Source: Myxococcales bacterium
GTDB taxonomy: Bacteria > Myxococcota_A > Bradymonadia > Bradymonadales > Bradymonadaceae
Direction of reading: 5' to 3'
Length of the DNA stretch: 64,000 bases
Assembly: GCA_007120035.1 (NCBI GenBank)
Contig: SKON01000005.1
Coordinates: 614 to 64,613 of the forward strand
Each line of letters begins with the position of its first letter. Within the stretch, counting starts at the first letter, position 1. Made by a program: the position numbers and the translations under genes. This document shows positions 57,145 through 64,000 of this stretch, piece after piece. The notes beneath the pieces are model-generated. The model was not told the origin of the DNA. It searched no databases and saw only the letters and a program-made list of their open reading frames with translations.

Positions 57145-58221
57145 ATGACATGGGAACTCTACATCAGTCAAGCGAGCCCCTATTCCATCAAGATCGCGGC
57201 GTTGATGGGGTACATGGGGATCGATCACGAGGTGAAGATCCAAAACCTGTGGACCCGGTTCTCGGTGATTAAGAAGCTCACCGGGAAGACCATGGTGCCG
57301 ATCTTGCGAAGAGGTCAGTGGGCGATGAACGACTCCACCGAAATCGCCCGGCACCTGATCGAGGAGTCCCCGGTACCGACGCTTCCTCGTGCCCGGGAGG
57401 CGGAACTCTTATGCTGGCTCTTGGAGGACTTCGCCGACGAGTGGGTGGTGCGATGGCAGATGGTGACCCGGTGGGGGGTGGACCGGGACCGGCGGGCGGT
57501 CTCGGAGCTGATCGGCCGAGAGCTCACCGGGGCGGTTCCCGTGGGGAGCCGGGCCCTGGGGGAACGGGTGGGGCAGGTGATTCAGAAGAGCTTGCGGCCC
57601 TATGGCCTGCGGCAGGAGAACGACGCGGCACTCCTGGCCTCCCGGGAGCGGACCCTGCAGGCCCTGGAGGCGATCTTGAGCGGTGGGCCGGCCTATCTCT
57701 TCGAGGGATACCCCACGGTGGCGGACTTCGCGTTCTTCGGGCCTCTGGGGCAGTTTCGGCGAGATCCTACGGGCCGAGAGTGCCTGGAGGGGTATCCAGC
57801 GATCCAGGGGTACTTGGACCGGATGGAGGCAATGGCAGCGCGGCCCCCGGAGGTGGCTGTGGTAGACTGCGAGTCCCGACCGATCGAGGAGCTCCATCCG
57901 CTCTTTGCAGAGGTAATGGGCACCTATTGGCCGTCGTTGATCGCGAACTTCGAAGCTCAGGAAGCGGGGGGCCGAGGCCGAGAGGCAGTGGCGCCTCTGA
58001 TCGACGGGCAGTCCTTCCGGTTTCGAAGCTCCCGGTATCTCGTGGAGCGGCTCCAAGAGATCCTGGGGGCCGTGGATGAGGCCTACGGAAAGAGAGATCA
58101 CCTCTTCGGGGAGTTCGGGCTGCGAATGGAGCATGGGTTGGTCCACCGGATCGCCGATCTGAGCGAGACCGAGAGTGGGCGACGGCTTCTCTCGGAGTAT
58201 CGGCATCTGGGGCTGCATTAG
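57145..58221 (+). CDS. Glutathione S-transferase-like protein with an extended C-terminal domain
   Basis: GGAAGGAAG SD. N-terminal thioredoxin-fold GST pattern (LYISQASPYSIKIAALMGYMGIDHEV...VPILRRGQWAMNDSTEIARHL). Confidence 0.7.
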   Translation: MTWELYISQASPYSIKIAALMGYMGIDHEVKIQNLWTRFSVIKKLTGKTMVPILRRGQWAMNDSTEIARHLIEESPVPTLPRAREAELLCWLLEDFADEWVVRWQMVTRWGVDRDRRAVSELIGRELTGAVPVGSRALGERVGQVIQKSLRPYGLRQENDAALLASRERTLQALEAILSGGPAYLFEGYPTVADFAFFGPLGQFRRDPTGRECLEGYPAIQGYLDRMEAMAARPPEVAVVDCESRPIEELHPLFAEVMGTYWPSLIANFEAQEAGGRGREAVAPLIDGQSFRFRSSRYLVERLQEILGAVDEAYGKRDHLFGEFGLRMEHGLVHRIADLSETESGRRLLSEYRHLGLH

Positions 58222-58611
58222 AGGCGGCGACGGCGCAGGAGCGACGTGGGGGAGGACATGTTGCCGAGCAGCATTCGGGGACGGCAGGGCTCCAGGGTCT
58301 CACTCCAGGGGCTTGTGTCAATGTCTTTGGAAATGAAGGGGTGACAAAAAACGAACGGTGAGAAAGAGGAGTTGTGTGCGTTTGTGTGTGTGATGTATAA
58401 GTCTTTGACATGGAAGCGGTTTTTTTTTGGTGAAAGTGTCGGGTTCGAACCGGCATAGAACTTGAAAGCTCGCACCATAGTGCCCGTTGACACGTCGTCG
58501 GGTATTCCATTACTGTTCGCCATCCGTTGTAGGTCAAAAAAGTACGAGCCTGCCGGAACCCCGTGCGTCACAAAAAAAGAATCGCCGGTACGGCACCTGT
58601 TGGAGGAGTTT

Positions 58612-61398
58612 ATGCGTCAGATCGTGAAGAAATGTTGGGCCCTGGTGGCGGTCGTTGCCGTCCTGGTACTGCTGGGGGGCTGTGGGCCCACTGAGGAGTG
58701 TCAGATCGATGATGACTGTGGCGCCGGGCAGGCCTGCTTCGATAACGCCTGTGTATCGGTCAGCGTCGGGGAGTGCACCATCGATGCGCAGTGTGGCCCC
58801 TTTGAGCGGTGCTCCGCCGGAGAGTGTGTGGCGCGGTCGTGCGGGACCTCGGCGGACTGTCCGGCCGACGCGGCCTGCGATGGCGGTGCATGCGTGGAGC
58901 GGCAGTGTGACGCGGAGAGCGACTGCTTCACCGGTCTGGTCTGTGACGACGGGATCTGCCGAACGACACCTCGGCAATGCACGGCGCCGGGACAATCTTG
59001 CGATCCCGAAGAAGCGGTTCGGCGAGGGTTTTCCTGTGAAGATCTGGGGTTCGGGCATCAGTGCTACCGGACCTGTAATCGGTATCGAGTGTGTCTGCCC
59101 AACGGCACCGCGAGCACCCGGTTGGACTGCGGTGTGGGTTCGGACTGCGTGGCCAGTGGTGTGACCAATGCGGTGTGTCGCCCGTCGGAGTGCGGCGGGT
59201 TCTTCGACACCGCGTCCTGCGCGCCCCTGATGGAGTCCAGTCCGGGGCAGTTCGCCAATGGCGTGCACTGTGCTGAGACGAACACGGGATCCTTCCGATG
59301 CGTGGGCGCAGGTACGGCCGGCGTGGGCGCTCAATGCAACTCGACAGCCAACTGTCAGGAAGGTCTGACCTGTGCGTTCGGGGCGTGCGCCGAGCCGTGC
59401 ACGTCGGACAGCGAATGTGATGACGGTCTGGGGTGCATCGGCGCTGACGTGGGCGCCACCGACGGCGTGGGATTCTGCGACGTGAAGTGTGAGGCGCTGA
59501 CGATGGAGCCTCAATGTGACGAGGAGACGGCCTGTCTGCCGGTGACGGCCACTGATGGAGTGTGCGCGATTCCATCCTTGAAAACGGCAGCGATCTGGGA
59601 GGCCTGCGGTGGTCCTGATACGGTGTGTCCTGATAACTCAACGTGCTTGGACTTCGGGGCCGGGGCGCGATGTGCTCCGTTCTGCGATCCGACGCTGAAC
59701 ACCCAGGCGGCTCGTAACGCGACCTGTCCGCAGCCAACGACCACAGGGTATGTGCAGGTAGCCCACCTGGGTGTGAGTCTCCCCGATGTGGACGTCTACG
59801 TGGATGGTGCGTTGGTGACGACTTTGTCGTTCGGCGACGTGGAGATGGGCGAGGATGGATTCCTCGAGGTGCCTCAGGGCGCCCGGGAGGTCGAGATTCG
59901 TGCTGTCGGGGGAGCTACGGCGATCCTGACGACGACGTTGAACGTGGTGGCTCGCCAGGCGACCCTGGTGGCGGCCATCGCCGATACCTTCCAGCCCGGT
60001 GGGCTGTCGTTGGTGACTGTGGACGTCCCCCGGGACGTGGAAGCGGGCGCCGGCGAGGCGACCCTGCGGTTCGTCCATAACGTGGTAGGCGTGGGCGATG
60101 TGGACGTGGTGGTGGTGGAAGACGGTGGAGATCTCACCGTCGCCGGCGACCGATTCCTTCTGCAGGAAGGCATCGGGTTCGGGGAAGCCTCGGCGTTCGA
60201 GACGATCGCTCTTGGTGGGGGCAGCGCGATTGTCGATGTGTATTTGATCCCCGCCGGCGGCGATGGGAGCGACGTGCTCTTCACCGTGGAAGGGTTCGAA
60301 GTGTCCGAAGAGACCGTGGCTACCGTTCACGCCACCGGTGATGTTCGTACCGGAGGCACGGGCGCCGTGGGACCGGAAGCGGTGCCCGTGGCCTACGCGT
60401 CGGCCCCTGAGGGCCGGGCTCTTGGCGGGTACTGTCTGGATCTGAATCGGAATCAGGGGCTGCCGCCGGAGATCGGTTCCGGGGTGTGCCTGGAGACCTG
60501 CGCCAACAGCGATGATTGGGGCGGAGACCAGTGTACCGGTGAAGGCGACAGTTGCTCGCCGGTAGGCGGCGGGCTGGGATGGTGCTTTCCGGGACTCGAG
60601 GAGCGGGAAGCGGGAGAGCCCTGCGACAATGATGACTACTGTGCCGACGGTCTGTTCTGCGATGGCGGCGCCTTCGGAGAAGGGGTGTGCCGGTCCTATT
60701 GTCAGACCACGACGCAGACCAATCCCCACCTGGGTTGCGAAGCCGGTGAGGCCTGCATCCCGATGGCCGGGTACGTCAACCTGGGTCAGTGCCGGATTCC
60801 CTGTAATCCGGGATCGGACTTCCGGGATGAGAACTGCCCGGCGGGAATGCAGACCTGTCTGGGATCTCCCGGGGCGGCCTATTGCACGGCGTCGGGGAGT
60901 GTCCCTCAAGGCCAGGAGTGTGGTGGAGCGAACGGCGATCCCCGGGTTCAGGATTGTGCCGCCGGTCTGGTTTGTGCCCAGAGTGGTCGAGACCTGAGCG
61001 GTGTGCTTCTGGATCCCTTCGCGGCGCCAGATGCCTCCTATGGTCCCCCGACCTGTCGGGAGATCTGCACGCCTTTCACCAGCAACAGCGGGTGCTCCGA
61101 AGGGTTCGCCTGCTCTCCGATCACGCCTGATGGCGAGAGCCCGACCCTGGGACACTGTGTGGAAGCGATCGATACCCCGATCCCGTCGTTGCAGGACTGT
61201 CCGGCGGAAGACATCGGCAAGATGTGTGACGAGAACTCGTACTGCATCGTGGCGTCGAGCAACCAGTGTGTGCCCCCCCGAGGACAGTGTCTGCAGCTGT
61301 GTAACTTCAACACCGGAGCGGGCTGCACGGGCGGCACGAGCTGTGTGGAAGGGTTCTCCGGTGGACCGCTCTTCGACCTCTTCGGGCTCTGCCGGTAA
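58612..61398 (+). CDS. Cys-rich repeat lipoprotein with two central DUF4397-like domains (928 aa)
   Basis: GGAGGAG SD. Lipobox LLGGC. Four tandem ~20-aa modules (ECQIDDDCGAGQACFDNACV, ECTIDAQCGPFERCSAGECV, SCGTSADCPADAACDGGACV, QCDAESDCFTGLVCDDGICR). DUF4397-like VQVAHLGVSLPDVDVYVDG and LRFVHNVVGVGDVDVVVV. Confidence 0.8.
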   Translation: MRQIVKKCWALVAVVAVLVLLGGCGPTEECQIDDDCGAGQACFDNACVSVSVGECTIDAQCGPFERCSAGECVARSCGTSADCPADAACDGGACVERQCDAESDCFTGLVCDDGICRTTPRQCTAPGQSCDPEEAVRRGFSCEDLGFGHQCYRTCNRYRVCLPNGTASTRLDCGVGSDCVASGVTNAVCRPSECGGFFDTASCAPLMESSPGQFANGVHCAETNTGSFRCVGAGTAGVGAQCNSTANCQEGLTCAFGACAEPCTSDSECDDGLGCIGADVGATDGVGFCDVKCEALTMEPQCDEETACLPVTATDGVCAIPSLKTAAIWEACGGPDTVCPDNSTCLDFGAGARCAPFCDPTLNTQAARNATCPQPTTTGYVQVAHLGVSLPDVDVYVDGALVTTLSFGDVEMGEDGFLEVPQGAREVEIRAVGGATAILTTTLNVVARQATLVAAIADTFQPGGLSLVTVDVPRDVEAGAGEATLRFVHNVVGVGDVDVVVVEDGGDLTVAGDRFLLQEGIGFGEASAFETIALGGGSAIVDVYLIPAGGDGSDVLFTVEGFEVSEETVATVHATGDVRTGGTGAVGPEAVPVAYASAPEGRALGGYCLDLNRNQGLPPEIGSGVCLETCANSDDWGGDQCTGEGDSCSPVGGGLGWCFPGLEEREAGEPCDNDDYCADGLFCDGGAFGEGVCRSYCQTTTQTNPHLGCEAGEACIPMAGYVNLGQCRIPCNPGSDFRDENCPAGMQTCLGSPGAAYCTASGSVPQGQECGGANGDPRVQDCAAGLVCAQSGRDLSGVLLDPFAAPDASYGPPTCREICTPFTSNSGCSEGFACSPITPDGESPTLGHCVEAIDTPIPSLQDCPAEDIGKMCDENSYCIVASSNQCVPPRGQCLQLCNFNTGAGCTGGTSCVEGFSGGPLFDLFGLCR

Positions 61399-61425
61399 CG
61401 AGTAAGCGAAGAGAAGCCTTGGCGA

Positions 61426-61465
61426 GAGGCCAGACGCCGCGGGTATGACCCGGGCGTCTGGCCTC
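61426..61465 (+). terminator. Strong hairpin between the two Cys-rich lipoprotein genes
   Basis: 13-bp perfect stem GAGGCCAGACGCC / GGCGTCTGGCCTC. No clear T tract follows. Confidence 0.45.
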
Positions 61466-61572
61466 TTGCGCTCTGGGTACGTGAATTTTGATGGCGATTG
61501 ATGCAGAATGCTGGGGGAGAGAAGGCGAGTCGGAAGTCGTTACGAATTCTGACGTTTTCCAAGGAGCGACGA

Positions 61573-64000
61573 ATGACGTCCACAGGAACGACGGGATGGA
61601 CGAGGATGGTGAGGGCTTGGCTGGTGGCGGGAGCGCTCGTGGTGTTCCTGGGGGCCTGCGGTGGGGAAGAAGAGGATCCCTGCGCCGAGGTGAGTTGCCC
61701 CGAGGGGGCGGTGTGCATCAACGGGAGCTGCGTGGACGGCGGTGGCGGGGAGTGTTCGCCGGCCTGTGGAGACGGCGAGTTGTGCAGTGGTGGGCGATGC
61801 GTGTCGGCCGGTGGGGGATGTGATTACCACGGGCAGTCCTGTGCTTCGGACAGGTTCGGGGCGTATTTGGATGGACATCTGTGCATGGATTGGACGGTCC
61901 AGACCGGGGCGGAGGCGGTTTGCTCCCAGGACTGTCGGGCGTCGTCCTGCCCGCAGGGATCGGGGTGTTTTCTGATCAACCTGCAGCCTGCCCAGGCGTG
62001 CACAGGAGATGATGGCTGTGGGGAGGGGCAGTTTTGCTATCAGGGAGCCTGCGCGTTCGCCTCGTGTCGCCCGTCGGATTGCGAGCTCCCCGATGGGCCT
62101 GACGATGCCTGCGGGAGTGGGCTGCGGTGTGCCGAGGTGTTGCCGGCGGTGAACTACTGCGTGCCCGCCGGGCCTCGAGAGGTCGGGGAGAGCTGTCTGC
62201 CTGCCGGGCAGGCCTTTCAGGAGGGACGGACCGAAGAGGTCTGCGCCGAGGATGGGGCGTGCGTCAGCGGGGTGTGCAGGGCGTACTGCGCAAGCGATGG
62301 GAGTTGTTCCGGGGCGGGGGAGATTTGCTCCGAGCTGTCGGGGCGGCCCGGGGTGGAAGTCTGCGCTGTGACCTGTACGCCGGGAGAGCCCGATGCCTGT
62401 GGTGGGGACGAGACCTGCATCCCCTCGGGAGAGGGGGGGGGAATCTGTCAGGAGGCGGGGACGACCCCGGCCTTTGAGGCCTGCACGGTCGGGGGGGAAG
62501 CCTGTGAGGCAGGAACGATCTGCGTGGAGGCTGAGGGAGGCCGGGCTGTGGGGAGGTGCTTGCCGGTCTGTGATCTCAGCGCCGGACCGTCGAACCCGGA
62601 CGGGCCCCTGAGTCGGCAGTCACAACTCGCCCGGGACCAGACGTGCCCGGAGGTCGAACTCGCTCAGGGGAGCTTCGCGGTGTGGCACCTTGCGGACGCC
62701 CTGGGGAGCCTCGATTTCTACGAAGGGAGCCAGACCTCGCCGGTGGCCACGGCGGCGCCCGGAGGATTGGCGCAGGGGCAGGAGGAGGCGTTTCTGCGGC
62801 GTGACCAGGGGCGGGTGACCTGGGCATTGCGGCAGGCCGGCGATCCCGTCTCGGAGGTGCCTGTGGCGGACGGCGAGTTTGATCTCTCACCGGGGGAGGT
62901 CCAGCTCCTTTTGGTGATGCCCGAGGCCGGTCGGGATCAGGGGGTGGAGACAGCGGTGGTGACCCTGGCGCCTGGGGAAGGGAGCGTGCAGTGGGTGCTG
63001 GCGATCCCCGACCTGGGATCCGTGGATCTCTGGGCGGGCACCGGCGACGATCTGGAGCTCGTGATCGATGATTGGGCGCCCGGGGAGGTCCGGGGTGAAG
63101 AGGCACCGCAGGGCGCGGTGGATCTGGTGTTTCGCCCCGCCGATGCCGGCGATGACGGGGAGGAACTACTGCGGTTTGAGGCCGTGGAGTTCGGAGAGGA
63201 GAGCATGGTGGCGTTTCGGGGAACCATGGATGGTTCCGATCTCCACGTGGTAGCGCCCCCGGTGTTCAGCGCCGAGGAGATCCCGGACCTGCAGGCCGAG
63301 GCCCAGCTGCCCTGGTCGTGTCGGGCGGTCAACGATGGCGGCGTGGGGGCCTGCTTTCAGCGATGCGACGGGGGAACGGGGTTGCAGACAGGGATGTGTC
63401 AGGGCGAGGGGATGGGGTGTGGCCCGCGACTTCATAACGAGCGAAATCGGTGGGGATCGGTCTGCCAGCCTGTAGGGAATCTCGCCGAGGGAGATCAATG
63501 CAGTCCCGTGGCGGATCATCCCTGCGGCGAGGGGCTCTTCTGTGAGGCCTATGGAGCCGTGGATGGCCAGCCAGCGGCCGGGACGTGTAGGTCGTTGTGC
63601 GTGGAAGGACAGGAGGGGGCCTGCCCCGACGAGCGGGGGTGCCGGCCGATCGCGGCGGGCACGGAGTACGTCGTGGGGGAGTGCCGGCAGGAGTGCGTGC
63701 CCGACGGAGGTTACACGGATCCCTCATGTCCCGAGGGGCTGGCGAGCTGCAAGCCTGAGGCGGCGTTGATTCCCCTTGGTGATGGGGTGTCCGGTGGGTT
63801 TTCGGTACATGAGGAGCAGCCGTTCTGCTGGGCGTCGGGGAGCGCGGAGGTGGGGGAAGCCTGCTCCACGGGGAGCTGTATGCCCGGAGCGGAGTGTCTC
63901 TATGAGAGGTCCCTGCAGTTTGATTTCGTCACCACTCTGCTCTCGCCGTACTTTGGCGGTGGGGGGCTGCCGCGGTGTCGGCCGATCTGTGATCCCTTCT
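61573..64000 (+). CDS. Cys-rich repeat lipoprotein with DUF4397-like central domains, 3' end outside the window
   Basis: Hand-translated frame is open from the ATG at 61573 (AAGGAG SD) to the window end, so it is absent from the closed-ORF track. Lipobox FLGAC. Cys-rich modules flank FAVWHLADALGSLDFYEG and VQWVLAIPDLGSVDLWAG. Confidence 0.75.
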   Translation, partial: MTSTGTTGWTRMVRAWLVAGALVVFLGACGGEEEDPCAEVSCPEGAVCINGSCVDGGGGECSPACGDGELCSGGRCVSAGGGCDYHGQSCASDRFGAYLDGHLCMDWTVQTGAEAVCSQDCRASSCPQGSGCFLINLQPAQACTGDDGCGEGQFCYQGACAFASCRPSDCELPDGPDDACGSGLRCAEVLPAVNYCVPAGPREVGESCLPAGQAFQEGRTEEVCAEDGACVSGVCRAYCASDGSCSGAGEICSELSGRPGVEVCAVTCTPGEPDACGGDETCIPSGEGGGICQEAGTTPAFEACTVGGEACEAGTICVEAEGGRAVGRCLPVCDLSAGPSNPDGPLSRQSQLARDQTCPEVELAQGSFAVWHLADALGSLDFYEGSQTSPVATAAPGGLAQGQEEAFLRRDQGRVTWALRQAGDPVSEVPVADGEFDLSPGEVQLLLVMPEAGRDQGVETAVVTLAPGEGSVQWVLAIPDLGSVDLWAGTGDDLELVIDDWAPGEVRGEEAPQGAVDLVFRPADAGDDGEELLRFEAVEFGEESMVAFRGTMDGSDLHVVAPPVFSAEEIPDLQAEAQLPWSCRAVNDGGVGACFQRCDGGTGLQTGMCQGEGMGCGPRLHNERNRWGSVCQPVGNLAEGDQCSPVADHPCGEGLFCEAYGAVDGQPAAGTCRSLCVEGQEGACPDERGCRPIAAGTEYVVGECRQECVPDGGYTDPSCPEGLASCKPEAALIPLGDGVSGGFSVHEEQPFCWASGSAEVGEACSTGSCMPGAECLYERSLQFDFVTTLLSPYFGGGGLPRCRPICDPF

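Noticed and set aside
58438-58454. tRNA T-arm-like element GTCGG-GTTCGAA-CCGGC, as a possible tRNA fragment or integration att scar
   Set aside because: No D arm, anticodon arm or acceptor stem can be built around it. It does not match the T arms of the three tRNAs in the window, and no integrase is present.

Overview
GC-rich, very densely coding bacterial chromosomal window: about 55 protein genes, 3 tRNAs and a few hairpin terminators. I saw no transposase, integrase, CRISPR array or rRNA. All homology calls come from reading motifs and domain order by eye, with no searches run. Many start codons are uncertain because the ORF track extends to the most upstream ATG/GTG/TTG.

Gene content suggests a Myxococcota-like organism (myxobacterium or bradymonad). 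The clues are a MYXO-CTERM-like sorting tail, Cys-rich repeat lipoproteins, a pseudokinase-STAND-TPR protein, and a Glt/Nfs-type locus.

Layout:
- 1-5.1 kb: secG, dapD, an aminotransferase, a membrane hypothetical and a PrsW protease.
- 5.1-7.7 kb: lipoprotein pair of a diheme cytochrome c and a parallel beta-helix protein carrying an (NQ)23 linker.
- 7.9-9.1 kb: lipoprotein with tandem helix-hairpin-helix modules.
- 9.3-21.1 kb: eleven minus-strand genes followed by tRNA-Ala. They are pncB, a PhoB/PhoR-like pair, an exported erythromycin-esterase-like protein, a hypothetical, a CDP-alcohol phosphatidyltransferase, a nucleotidyltransferase, a rhomboid, an RluA-family synthase and an orphan histidine kinase. 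Many share ATGA stop/start overlaps.
- 21.2-22.2 kb: a hypothetical, dCMP deaminase and tRNA-Phe.
- 22.5-35.3 kb: the main system, a contiguous nine-gene Glt/Nfs-type envelope-spanning locus.
- 35.3-58.2 kb: mixed housekeeping and hypothetical genes. These include an NFACT/RqcH-like protein, a PilF/Tgl-like lipoprotein, a fused double SDR with a BASS transporter, the STAND pseudokinase, methyltransferases, a sirtuin, tRNA-Leu, two unannotated small membrane ORFs, an HD phosphohydrolase and a GST-like protein.
- 58.6-64.0 kb: two tandem Cys-rich/DUF4397-like lipoprotein paralogues, the second running off the window.

The long antisense ORFs in the track are treated as high-GC artefacts.
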